64,000 nucleotides of DNA from Sphyrna mokarran (taxonomy: Eukaryota). The notes beneath the pieces are model-generated. The model had not been told where the DNA came from. It saw only the letters and a list, made by a program, of their open reading frames with translations, and did not search any database. Position 1 is the first letter of the stretch, and each line of letters begins with the position of its first letter. Positions 48,148 to 60,908 of the stretch are shown here, one piece after another. A program made the position numbers and the translations under genes. The stretch covers positions 91,388,001 through 91,452,000 of the forward strand of contig JAGIQG010000009.1 of assembly GCA_024679065.1 (NCBI GenBank). Direction: 5' to 3'.

Positions 48148-48964
48148 CTGTAAAAGAAACAATTAAAGCGATTGGTCAATAAACACCATCTGATCATCAG
48201 AACAATGTTGCTGGCCTTCATCATCCCCCCTCCTCAATCACTATCCCCTCCCTAATAATCACTCCCTGTCCCGATCACCACCCCCCTCACCGATCTCCAT
48301 CCACTCGCGTGATCACTACCTCGAGAGAGCCACTCCTGAACACCACTCCGAACGGGGCAACGGTCTAGGACTTGGGCCAGTGATACAGTCTGGGAGGCTG
48401 TGTAATCGGCCATCAGTGTTCGCGTCCTGCTACAGAGGACCAGGGACCAGTGTCAGAAGAGGATGAATAACCTTCTTTGAGCAGGAAGGGTCAGTGTCCA
48501 TCCCATCCTGATACCGGTCCCGTCTGTCGCCCCTGCAATGTCGAGCCACCCGCCTGACACTCTGCAGCCTCCCAGCACCCGGCCTCAAGGATATTCCTCC
48601 AACCCCTCTGGCACCCCCACTCACAACCACAGACTGCCGAGGCACAGCCCCAATAAACCCACCCTATCACCCCACCCCCTACACCCTGTGTCCTTCCAGC
48701 CATCAGATTTTCAATCCCTCCTTTATTCCCAAAGGACAAAGTGATCCATAACCCCACCAGGATCATGCCAAGACTGTGGGTGGGGTTCCCGAGCTGCATC
48801 TCCTCACTACCTTTGAGGAGCGCTATGGGGCTAGCAGGGAAGAGGAGGGAATGGTCACTGACAGCCAGGTCAGAGTTCACCATGGAAATCAGCATTTCCA
48901 AAACCCTTGTTCAAATGTCTCATTCCAGGTAAGTGGCAGACTGCCCAGACACTTGTCCCTTATT

Positions 48965-50745
48965 ATTCCACTCGAATACAAGGAAAGTAGAAAGAAACTT
49001 AAGCAAGGAGTTAGAAGGGTAAAAAGGGGCCACAAAAAAAAAACACTGGCCAGTTGGATTAAGGAAAATGCCAAGGATTTTCATACATAAGTAAAAAGCA
49101 AGAGGGTAGCAATAGAAAGGGTTGTCCCACTCAAGGATAAGAGAGGGAATCTATGCGTGGATCAAGGGGAAATGGGTGATATATTAAATGAGTATTTTGC
49201 ATCAGTATCCACCAAAGAATGACTTGTGGATGATGAGTCTGGGACAGGACGGGTAGATAGTTTGAGTGATGTTGAGATCGGAAAGGAGAAGATATTGGGG
49301 TTCTTGAGAAACATTAAGATAGACAAGTCCCCAGGGCCTGATGGGATATACCCCAGAATATTGAGAGAGGCAAGGGAGGAAATTGCTGGGGCCTTGAGAG
49401 AAATCTTTGCCTCCTCACTGGCTACAGGGGAGGTCCCAGAGGACTGGAGCATTACCAATGTTGTTTCTTCATTTAAGAAAGTTAGCAAGAATAATCCAGG
49501 TAATTACAGGCTGGATCATCACTGGCAGGGAAATTTTTGGAGAGGATTCTTCAAGACAGGATTTACACCCACTTGAAAATAAGTGGACGTGTTAGTGAGA
49601 GACAATATGGTTTTGTGAAGGGGAAGTCATGTCTCACAAACTTGATCGAGTTTTTCGAGGAAGTGATGAAGATGAATAATGAAGGTCGGGCAGTGGATGT
49701 TGTCTACATGGCCTTCAGTAAGGTCTTTGACAGGGTCCCTCATGGCAGACTGGTGCAGAAGGTGACATCACATGGGATCAGAAGTGAGCTGGCAAGATGG
49801 ATACAAAACTGGCTTGGTCAAAAAAAACAGAGGGTAACAGTGGAAGGATGCATTTCTGAATGGAGGGCTGTGACAAGTGGTGTTCCTCAGGGATCAGTGC
49901 TGTTTGTAATATATATAAATGATTTGGAGGAAAAAGTAACTGGGTTGATTAATAAGTTTGCGGACGACACAAAGGTTGGTGGTTTTGCAGAAAGCAATGA
50001 GGAACATCAGAGGATACAGCAGGATATAGATCAGTTGGAGACTTGTACAGAGAGGAGATGGACTTTAATCTGGATAAATGTGAGGTAATACATTTTGGAA
50101 GGTTTGATACAGATAGTAAATATACGGTAAATGGCAGAATCCTTAGGAGTATTGATAGGCAAAGGGATCTGATTGTACAGGTACACAGGTCAGTGGAAAT
50201 GGCAATGCAGGTGGAGGAGGTAATCAAGAAAGCATATGGCATGCTTGCCTTCATCAGCCAGGGCATCAAGGTTAAAAACTGGAAAATCATGTTGACACTT
50301 TATAGAACCTTAGTTAGGCTGCATTCAGAATATAGTGTTAAATTCTGATTGCCACAATACCAGAAGGATTTGGAGAGGGTCCAGTAAAGATTTACCAGGA
50401 TGTTGTCTGGTCTGGAGAACATTAGCTATGAGGGCAGGTTGGAGAAACTTGGTTTGTTCTCACTGGAACAACAGAGATTGAGGGGTGACCTGACAGAAGT
50501 CTACAAGATTATGAGAGGCATGGACTGAATGGATAGTCAGAAGCTTTTGCCCAGGGTGTAAGAGTCAATTACTAGGGGCACGGGTTTAAGATGCAAGGGG
50601 CAATGTTTAAAGGAGATGTACGAGGCAGATTTTTTACACACAGAGTAGCGGGTGCCTGGAACCCGTTGCCGGGGGAGATAGTGGAAGCGGATACTGAATT
50701 GACTTTTAAGAGTCGTCTTGACAAGTACATGAAAAGTTTGGAAAA
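48965..50745 (+). mobile_element. CR1 LINE fragment (RT)
   Basis: ORFs 49226-49576 (KSPGPDGIYPR), 49537-50088 (FADD) and 50043-50348. Confidence 0.92.
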
Positions 50746-51399
50746 GTCTACGAATCACCAGGCAGGAATATTCCGATTTAAATTTCACTCCCAGCTGTGG
50801 CTGCCTGGAAACACTCTCACCTCTGACTCAGTATGTTCTGGATTGAAGCTCCCGTTCCAGAGACTGGGCTGCACACACAGTGTATTACTGACAGAATGCT
50901 GCACTGTCAGAGGATCAGTCCTGAGGGAGAACTTTCCTCACAGATTAATGGAATAGATCCCGGGACAGAGCAGGATGATCAGAAACTGGATCAATACTGA
51001 TCCCTGAGACAACATCATCCATGTAGATTGTCTAATCAGAGTTTCCTGCACCATAACAGTGAGGACACTAGAAAAGGTATTTCATTGGCTGGAAAGAGCT
51101 TTGGTGCATCCTGGTGTTGTGAAGTCTTTCTGTCTCTGCTTTCTCTCTCACACCTTTTGTCAAAATACATTGGTAACTTTGGAATCTAACATCACTGCTC
51201 CCAAATCAAGGTACGGATTTTAATTTGTTAAGAATAGAAGAACCAGGAGCAGGAGTCGGCCATCTGGACCCTCAACCCTGCTCCTCCATTCAATAAGATC
51301 ATGGCTGAACTTCTTGTGGACTCAGCTCTACTTACCCTCCCGCTCACCATAACCCTTAATTCCTTCACTATTCAAAAATTTATCTATCTTTGTCTTAAG

Positions 51400-51724
51400 C
51401 CAGGAACAGTAGCACACTGGTTAGCACTGCTACTTTGCAGCTCCAGGGACCTGGGTTCAATTCCCAGCTTGGGTCGCTGTCTGTGTGGGGTTTGCACATT
51501 CTTCTTGTGTTTGTGCAATTCCTTCCAGATGCTCTGGTTTCCTCCCACAGCTCAAAGATGTGTGGGTTAGGTTGACTGGCTATGCTAAAATGGTTCTTAG
51601 TGGCCTGAAATGCATAGTTTAGAGGTATTAATGGGCAAATGTGTAGTGATGTGGTGGTAGACCTAGGTGGGATTGTGGTCAGTGCAGACCCAATGGCCTC
51701 TTTCTGTTCTGTTGGGTTTGTATG
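51400..51724 (+). mobile_element. tRNA-derived SINE nested in the CR1 3' region
   Basis: A box tagcacactgg and B box ggttcaattcc; ttaa flanks. Confidence 0.82.
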
Positions 51725-52938
51725 ATTAAAATCATTCAATGAGGTAGCCTCAACTGCTTCACTGGGCAGGGAATTCCACAGATTCACAATCCTTTGTGTG
51801 AAGAAGTTCCTCTTCAACTGAGTCCTAAATCTGCTTCTCCTTATTTTGAGGCTATCTCCCAAGTTCTAGTTTCACCCGCCAGTGGAAATAACTTCCCTGC
51901 TTCTATCTTATTTATTCCCTTCATAATCTTATATGTTTCTATAAGATCTCCCTTATTCTTGTGAATTCCAATGAGTATAGCCCCAGTCTACTCAGTCTCT
52001 CCTCATAAGCCGACCCTCTCAATTCCAGAATCAATCTACTGAATCTCCTCTGCACTCCTTCCAGTGCCTGTATATCCTCTTCAAAGTAAGAACATCAAAA
52101 CTGTACACTGTACTCCAGGTGTGGCACCTTATACAACTGCAACATGATCTCCCTGTTTTTAAACTCCATCTCTCTGAAAATGAAGGCAAAATTCCATTTG
52201 TCTTCTTAATTACCTGCTGCACCTGCAAACTAACTCCTTGAGATTCCTACACAAGGAAATCCAGGTCCCTCTGTGCAACAGCATCGGCAATTTTTTTCCA
52301 CCTAAAAAACAGTCCATTTTGCCATTATTCCTGCCAAAATGGCTGACCTCGCATTTACCAACATTGTACTCCATCTGCCAGACCCTCACCCACTCACCTA
52401 GATTATCTATATCCCTTTGCAGACTTTTAGCATCCTCTGCACTCTTTGCTCTTCCATGCATCTTACTGTCATCTGTGAATTTTAACACACGAGACTTGGT
52501 TCCCAACTCCAAATCATCTATGTAATTTGTAAACAATTGTGGTCCCAACACTGATCCCTGAGGCACACCACTAGTCAATGATCATTAGAAAAACATCCAT
52601 TTTCCTCCACTCTTCACTTTCTCTTAGTTGATCAATCCTCTATCCACGTTAGTACATTACCTGTAACATTGGGCATCTTTATCATATGCAGTCTTTGGTG
52701 CGGTACCTTGTCAAATGCCTTCTGGAAATCCAGATACATCACATCCACAGGTTCCCCATTGTCCACTGCACATGCAATGTTCTCAAAGAATACCACCAAA
52801 TTCGTCAAACATGACCTGCCCTTTATGAACCCATGCTGTGTCTTACAAATTGGATTATTTATATCCGGATATCTCACTATTTCTTCTTGATGATAGATTC
52901 AAACATTTTCCTTACTACAGAAGTTAAGCTTATAGAAC

Positions 52939-54170
52939 CGGTTGGGTGCTTTTTGGCGCTGCCGTTTTGGCGTCGATGTTATGGCACTGCTGTTTTGGCG
53001 CTAATTGTTTTGGCGCCCTTCATCTTGGCGCTAATTGCTTTGGCGCCAAAATTAAAATTAAAGCATGGAATAAATGGATTAAATTAAACTATGATAAAAA
53101 TAAGAAACCTTTATTCTGGCATAAAACATTTATGTAAAAGAAAAAGAAAATAATAATTAAAACTCAGTAATTTAATATATTTCGTAATTGTAGGCTATAC
53201 TACGCAAATATTCTAATGGTTCTCTCTCATCAAACTGGCGCACAATATTTAAAATGCGCTCATCGGCTTTCACATACTTAAGAAGTTTTTGTTTTGGAGC
53301 ATGGCCAGCAACCAACTGTTCACAATATACATCTCGGTTCTTTTGAATTTTTCTCAGTCCATCAATAAATTTCCATATAATGGGGTGGTGAACTCCTAAT
53401 TCCACATATATTTTTCTGTGTGCTGCTTCTGTGTGATTGTTAGTTCAGTCCTCTCCAGCGATTGTACGATTATACTGGTTCCACATCTCTGAAGGAAAAA
53501 GAGGGGGCTGCCTCTTCATAGAATAGAATTCATGACCACTGTCAGCTATTAAAAAGTTCTCATGTTCACCATTGTTCTTCATATAATGTTTGTAATCATC
53601 GGGGATCACTAATTCACGAACATGAACAGGATTTGGAGGAACGAGGTTCATTTGATTTCTTCTTCTCCTTACAATTTGCTTAATTGCGTCTGAACATGGA
53701 AGTGCTCCTTGAGCGGCTTGAGAAATATTTTCGGTACAAGAACTTATAATTGCCAATGGTTGATCTTGACTCTCTCCAGCCCGGCATTTTACACTTGTTT
53801 TAATTTCAGCTACTTCTACGCTTGCTGCTGAAGCACCATGAGAATGCTCGTTTGTTTTCTTTATCACTACATTGTTTTTAGTGTGTATACGGGCTTTGCA
53901 CACGTTCTTGTTTTCACACATCTAAAACTTCATCGAAGGTACCTTCTTGCTATGCTTGTCGAACACATATAGATATCCATTGTGAGAAAATTTTGATTTG
54001 TCTTTCTTACTTAAAATACTTTCAGCCATTTCTGTAGATAGGTTCGACTCAACTAATTATAAAAATGTTCACATTATAAAGAAAAAGTTCCTATACGAAA
54101 TAGGTATTAACGAATTGGCGCCAAAACGAATTGGCGCCAAAACGAATTGGCGCCAAATGGTACCATTCCC
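52939..54170 (-). mobile_element. Mutator/MULE (Phantom-like) DNA transposon with FLYWCH domain, internally deleted
   Basis: 8-bp TSD TATAGAAC (52931-52938, 54171-54178); imperfect TIRs and subterminal ttggcgcc repeats. One frame 54029-53172 with two stops: NGYLY..F*MC..CKARIHT..HSH and P.LFP..MWN..*TNNHTEAAH..HPIIWKFI. Confidence 0.88.
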
Positions 54171-55806
54171 TATAGAACATAGAACAATACAGCACAAACA
54201 GGCCCTTCAGCCCACGAGTTGCGCCGATCACATCTATATCTACCAATCCACAGACCTATCTATAATCCTCTATCCCATTCTTTTCCATATACTCATCCAG
54301 AAGTCTTTTAAAAGACCCCAGCGAGTTTGCCTCAACCACCTCTGACGGCAGCCGATTCCATTCACTCACCGCCCTCCGAGTGAAAAACTTATCCCTAACA
54401 TCCCCACTGTATTTGCTTCCCTGCACCTTAAATCTGTGTCCTCTCGTAGTGACCATTTCAGCTCGGGGAAATAGTCTCTGAGAGTCCACCCTATCTATTC
54501 CTCTCAACATTTTATAAACCTCTATCAGGTCGCCTCTCAACCTATGTCTCTCCAGTGAGAAAAGTCCCAGCTCCCTCAATCTATCTTCATAAGGCCTGCC
54601 TCCCAATCCAGGCAGCATCCTTGTAAATCTCCTCTGCACTCTCTCAATAGCCTCTACATCCTTCCTATAGTGAGACGACCAGAACTGCGCACAATACTCC
54701 AAGTGGGGTCTGACAAGGGTCTTACAGAGCTGCATCATTACCTCCTGACTCCTAAACTCTATTCCTCAATTAATGAAGGCCAGTACACCGTATGCCTTCT
54801 TGACCACTTCCTCCACCTGCGAGGCCGATTTAAGAGTCCTATGGACCCGGACCCCGAGATCCTTCTGCTCTACAACACAGCTAAGACTCCTACCCTTATA
54901 TTGTACTCCTTCATCCCATTATTCCTGCCAAAATGGACCACTACACATTTATCCGCGTTGAAGTCCATCTGCCACTTCTCCGTCCAGTCTTGCATCCTGT
55001 CTACGTCCCGCTGCAACTTTTGACAACCCTCCAAACCATCCACAACACCATCGACCTTTGTATCGTCAGCGAACTTACTAACCCATCCCTCCACTTCCTC
55101 ATCCAGGTCATTTATGAAAATGACAAACAGCAGGGGTTCCAGAACAGATCCCTGGGGCACTCCACTGGTTACTGACCTCCATGCAGAACAAGACCCATCC
55201 ACAACCACACTCTGCCTTCTGCTGGCAAGCCAGTTCTGGATCCACAAGGCCAAAGCCCCATGGATCCCATGCCCTCTCACCTTCTCCAGAAGCCTTGCAT
55301 GGGGAACCTTATTAAACGCCTTGCCAAAGTCCATGTACACTACGTCCACTGCTCTTCCTTCGTCAATGTGTTCCGTCACATTTTCGAAGAACTCAACTAG
55401 GCTCGTGAGGCATGACCTGCCCTTGACAAAACCATGCTGACTATTTTGAATCAGTCTAAACTTCTCCAAATGTTCATAAATCTTGTCCCTCAGAAGCCTC
55501 TCCATCAGCTTACCAACCACTGAAGTCAGACTCACCGGTTGGTAATATCCTGGACTATCCTTGTTCCTTTTCTTAAAGATAGGAACCACATCCGCAATCC
55601 TCCAATCCTCCGGAACCTCTCCCGTTTCCGTGGACGACACAAATATCATCACCAGGGGCTCTGCAATCACTTCCCTCACTTCCCACAATAACCTGGGGTA
55701 CATCCCATCCGGTCGCGGCAACTTGTCTATCTTGATAGAATTTAACAGGTCTAACACATCCTCTTTCCTAACATCCACATACTCAATCTCTTCCGTTTGC
55801 CTCAAA
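54171..55806 (-). mobile_element. Younger CR1 LINE (5'-truncated)
   Basis: ORFs 54870-55805 and 54256-54738; (gttctat)n tail; many CpGs retained. Confidence 0.95.
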
Positions 55807-58610
55807 TCTTATCGGCCAGTAGTTATCTGCCTTTTATCTACCTCTTTTTTTAAACAGTGGCATTGCATTTTCTGTTTTCCAATCTGTGGGAAACACCCCA
55901 GAGTTCAGCGAATTTTGGTAAATTACTACTAGTGCATTTGTCATTCCCCCTGACATCTCTTTAAGTATCCTGGGATACATTTCATCAGGGCCACGAGACT
56001 TGTCTATCTTCAGCCTCATTAACTTGCCCAACACTCCCTCTTTTATGATAATTTTTAGGTTCTCACCTGCCATAACCTTCTTGTCATCAATTTTTGACGT
56101 TATTTGTGTCTTCCACTGTGAAGACCGACACAAAATACCTGCTCAATGCTCAGCTATTTTCTCATTTCCAGTTATTACATATCTCTTCTCATCCTCTAAA
56201 GGATTCATGTTTACTTTCACACTCTTTTTCAGTTTTATATTTATAGAAACTTTTGCTCTCTGTTTTTAATATTCTGAGCTAGTTTACCCTCATTCTCCAT
56301 ATTACCTTTCTTTAGCTTTTCTCATGGCTTTCTGTTGACCTTTAAAGATTTCTCCATCCTCCAGTTTCTCACTAATCTTTGCCATTTTGTCTGCATTTTC
56401 TTTCAATTTGATTCCCTCTTTTATTTCCTCAGATATCCATGGCTGATTATCTCTTTTTCTACAGTCCTTCCTTATCACTGGTGTATACTTTTGATCAGCA
56501 CTGGGAAAGATCATTTTGAAAGTTCTCCACTGTTCCTCAATTGTCCCAGTATAAAGTTTTTGCTCCCAGTTTACCTTAACCATTCCTGACTCATCCCTTT
56601 ATAATCCCCTTTGTTTAAACACAAGCCAATAGTATTTGATTTTAAGTTCTCATGCTCCTTTATCGGTTCCATTACATACTGTTCAAGGAAGCTATCGTGG
56701 ATACGTTCTATGAACTCCTCCTCAAGGCTGCCTTGACCGACCTGGTTTGACCAATTGATACTGAGATTAAAATCCCCCATGATAATTGCTGTACAATTTT
56801 TACATCCATCAGTTATTTCTTTGTTTATTTCTCACCCCATCACAATGTTATTATTTGTTGGTTTATAGACTAAGCCAATCAGTGACTTTTTCTCCTTATT
56901 ATTTCTAATTTCCACCCAAATGGATTCAACCGTTTTTCCTTAGAACCTATATCATTTTTCATTATCGCTCTGATATCATCCTTAAATATCACAGTTACAC
57001 CATTTCCATTATCTTCCTGTCTGTTCCTCCGAATACTTTGATACCCCTCGATATTCAACTTCCAGTCATGAACATCCTTCAACTCTGTCTCAGTAATGGC
57101 CACCAAATCATACTCATTCACAATGATTTATGCTATCAATTCATTTACCTTGTTTCGAATGCTGCTGGCATTCAGATAAAATGCCCTTATGCTTATTTTT
57201 GTACCTTCTTTTTGAATTCTAACACTTCCATTAATAACATCTCCTCAGTTCTTCTTCCTTTAACTTTATTCCTGATTTTTGATGTAGTTGGAACTTTCTC
57301 CCCACATTTTGTCTTTGCTCCCTCCTTCTCGGACTCCTTACACACGTTCCCATTACTCTGGCGTTATTAGTTTAAACCCTCCCCAACTGCTCTAGCAAAC
57401 CCTTGGACATCAATCCCAGTCCTGCCCAGATGTAACCTGTGCAATTTATACAGGTCCCACTTCCCCCAGAACCGTCCCAATGCCCCAGGAATCTGAAACC
57501 CCTTCCCTGATACCATCTTTTCAGCCATGTATTTATCTGATATTTCCTCTCATTTCTAATCTGACTAACGCGCGGTACCACTAATAATCCTGAAATCACT
57601 ACCTTTCAGATCCGATTTCTTAACTTTCTTCCTAACTCCCTATATTCTGCTTTTAGGACCTCATACTTTTTTGTAAACTAAAAGTCGTTTGTACCAACAT
57701 GCACTACAACCATGGGGTGTTCACCCTCCCCCTTCACAATGTCCTGCAGCCGCTCCGAGACATCCTTGACCCTAACACCAGGGAGGCAACATACTATCTT
57801 GAAGTCTCGTTTGCAGCCAGAGAAATGCTTGTCTATTGCCCTTACAATTGAATCCCCTATAACTATTGCACTGGCACACTTTTTACCCATCCCCTCTCCA
57901 ACAGAGCCAACCTTGGTGCAATGAGTTTAGCTGCTGCTGCTTTCCCTAGAGAGATCATTCCCCTCAACAGTATCCAAAGTGATATATCTATTTTACAGGG
58001 GAATGGTCACTGGAGAATCCTGCACTACCTGCCTATCTCTCTTGCTCTGTCTGATGGTCACCCATTCTCTTGCTGCCTGAGGAGTCTGAGCCTGCGGTGT
58101 GACCAACTCTCTATACCTGCTATCCACAATACTCTCTGACTCACGGATGCTCCACAGTGTCTCCATCCGCCGCTCCAGTTCTGAAACTCGAGCTTCCAGG
58201 AGCTGTAGTGGAGACACTTCCCGTACACATGCTGACCCAGGAGACTGGAACTGTCCCCAGCCTGTCACATGGAGCAAGAGGAACAAGCCACTGCTTGGAG
58301 CTCTCCTGTCATGTCTTACCCCTTTCAATTAAACTTTTGAAAGATCTTTTGTTTCAGATATATACAATTTTCTTTCTTTCCTGCTCCTTGTTACTACCGA
58401 GTATAACCTTTTCAAACCACAAACCACAGAAATTACACAGAAACACTATAATAGTGTACACCAACTACAATGCCAAGAGCAAAAAGAAAAAATATTTCCC
58501 AATCAGCACTCCCGCTTGTAGCCTCTGCTGCCTGTTTCACCTAACTCCCTGTGTCCATCCAACTCCCAAAGCACTCCTCACAGTCAGATAGCACTCTGTA
58601 CAGGAAAAAT

Positions 58611-58862
58611 ATGATGTGAAGATGCCGGCGCTCGACTGGGGTAAACACAGTAAGAAGTCTCACAAAACCAGGTTAAAGTCTAACAGATTTATTTGATAGT
58701 AAACGTCTCTAGCTTTTGGAAAGTTGTTCCTTCGTCAGGTGATTGCAGAATTCTGAGTGGAGAACTTTCCATTCACCTGACAAAAGAATAGTGTTCAGAA
58801 AGCTTGTGGCGTTTACTGTCAAATAAACCTGTGGGACTTTAACCTTGTGTTGTGAGACTTCT
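58611..58862. mobile_element. Palindromic Penelope-pLTR-derived element with 12-bp TSD
   Basis: tacaggaaaaat at 58599-58610 and 58863-58874; about 58650-58745 is an imperfect inverted repeat of about 58770-58862. Confidence 0.8.
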
Positions 58863-59491
58863 TACAGGAAAAATGTAACAGTGAGCCAGCCAGAAGCTGG
58901 ACCTGGAATATTCTGATCTTGTTTTCTGACACTCATATTTTATCTTTTCCTCTTTGGTACTACAAAGTACTTGGTTACTAAATCTCCTGTGTTATCTACA
59001 GCTCTGCCTGTCAATCTTTAAGGGTTCCATGTCTCACAGAGTCACTCATTTACTGTTAATATATTTCGATAAACTTTTACCATTGGTCTTTATATTACCT
59101 ACACATTTCCACAATGTCCTTTATCTCAATTTAATCTTTCTGTTCCTCCATCCTCCCCTCTGTTTCTGGACATTTCCACTTTAATTGCTCCAAGCTTCTC
59201 TGATCTGGGTGTTTTGAACATACAAACATGGGGCAGGAGTAGGCCATTCGGCCCCTCGAGTCTGCTCCGTTATTCTGTGGCTGATGTGATTGTGATCTGA
59301 ACTCTACTTTCCTCTCAATCTCTCTGTACACTTTCACTCCCTTGTCAGTCATGATGTTATCTAACATTTATATCTGACAGATACACAATAATGTCTGAGT
59401 GAACATCACCCATTTCAAACTCTCACCAAAAGATTCAAATTCACCCCAGAGAGAGAGAGAGTGAGAACGGGAGAGTGAATTCTGTACTTAC

Positions 59492-59543
59492 CGGGAGAGA
59501 CCCAGGAAAAACACAGGGAGATGGAGAAAAGGATCAGCAACAT
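59492..59543 (-). CDS. Gene C exon 1, signal peptide
   Basis: Identical 52-nt leader with intact donor; intron 1 is about 11.3 kb. Confidence 0.87.
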
Positions 59544-59608
59544 TCTGGGAATCTACTGTCCCAATTCCAATCAGTGACAGGGAATTAAACACTCTGAGGA
59601 TGAAACAA

Positions 59609-59850
59609 CTTTATAAACAGGGGGAAAACACGAAAAAACAAAAACTTTATCTAAACTCCCACTTTCCAGTCCAAATCGAGCATTTCATGCTTGTAGAACC
59701 AGAGGGTGACTGATTGGTTAATTTTCTGAGATGAACCAATGAAAGAGATAAACAGCCAGCCTGTCACTAGTCACCAGGAGGATCAAACTCAGACAGGTTC
59801 AGGCTGAAAAAAATCTAATCTTTACCCAGCACCTTTCACAAAGTGAAACC
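59609..59850 (-). promoter_or_regulatory. Gene C promoter: complete ISRE-S-X1-X2-Y-CCAAT-TATA
   Basis: ISRE 59840-59850; GAACCT 59795-59800; X 59760-59777; Y 59736-59740; CCAAT about 59713-59717; TATAAAG 59609-59615. Confidence 0.82.
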
Positions 59851-60164
59851 TCCCCAAGGACAGCTTTATAAAACAAAGATTGAGCCAGAGACACACACAG
59901 CTCAGTGCATAAAAACTGTCTCCAAATTCCAGGGTTGAAGGAGGGTTTTAAAGAGAGGCTGCAGAGAGGTGTAGGGAGGGATTACAGAGTGAAGGACCGA
60001 GGTTACTGAAGGCACATTCCCCAGTGTGGGGGAGATTCTAATTCCTGATACTGGAGATATCAGAATGAGAGGAACACAGAGATCTCACAAAGTTTGTGAA
60101 ACTGGAGGAGATTACAGAAATAGGATGGTGTGAGGACATGGAGAGATTTCAATTTTAAAATCCG

Positions 60165-60545
60165 GGCAGAGGGAATGGTGCCTTTAATTCAAAGAGAATG
60201 GAATATAAAAGTAGGGAAGGCTTGCTAAACCTATAGAAGGCACCAGTTAGACCACATCTGGAAAACTGTCCCCTTTAGTCCCCTTATCTAAGAGAAAATA
60301 TACTAGCATTGGAAGCAGTGCAGAGAAGATTCACTAGATTGAGACCAGGTGTGGAGGGATTTTCTTCTGAGGAGAGGTTGAGTAGATTGGGCCTGTACTC
60401 ATTGGAGTTTAGAAGAATGAGAGCGACCCGATTCAAATGTATAAAATTCCCAGAGGGTTTGACAGTGTAGATGCTGAGAGGATGTTTCCCCAAGTGGGAA
60501 AGTCTAGGACCAGAGAGTAGAATCTCAGAGTAAAGTGTCACCCAT
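60165..60545 (+). mobile_element. CR1 RT fragment fused directly to intron-1 sequence of relic D
   Basis: Encodes LEAVQRRFTRL..EERLSRLGLYSLEFRRMR, then switches at tcacccattt. Confidence 0.8.
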
Positions 60546-60625
60546 TTCAAACTCTCACCAAAAGATTCAAATTCACCCCAGAGAGAGAGAGAGAGTGAGA
60601 ATGGGAGAGTGAATTCTGTACTTAG

Positions 60626-60677
60626 CGGGAGAGACCCAGGAAAAACACGGGGAGATGGAGAAAAGGATCAGCAACAT
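60626..60677 (-). pseudogene. Orphan dead leader exon (relic gene D)
   Basis: Leader copy with donor GT>CT (60625) and Leu10>Pro; no exons of its own downstream; promoter split by transposons. Confidence 0.85.
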
Positions 60678-60908
60678 TCTGGGAATCCACTGTCCCAATT
60701 CCAATCAGTGACTGGGAATTAAACATTCGAAGGAGGAAACTAATATTGTTTATTGTGATTGGAAAACACAAAAAAAATGTTGATAAGGGCTCCAGTTTCC
60801 TGTCTTCATTAAACTGTGATCAGTTCCCTGACGTTAAGCCACACAGTCATGGGGTGAATGATTCATTGCTGTCAGAAAAAGAGCCAATTAAAGGGAAAGA
60901 ATTTCTAA

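Larger units (their letters stand above)
51232..58340 (-). mobile_element. Older near full-length CR1 hosting nested elements (SINE, younger CR1, MULE)
   Basis: ORF1 esterase pieces 57678-57890 (IVIGDSIVR..HVGTND) and 57993-58328; endonuclease 56879-57121; RT 52632-52877 and 52210-52578. Host sequence resumes at 55808 after a cttat duplication. Confidence 0.88.

Noticed and set aside
52945-53050. Spaced short repeats (ttttggcgc) resembling a CRISPR array or iterons
   Set aside because: The context is eukaryotic, the repeats are too short, and they are mirrored at 54110-54160 as transposon subterminal repeats.
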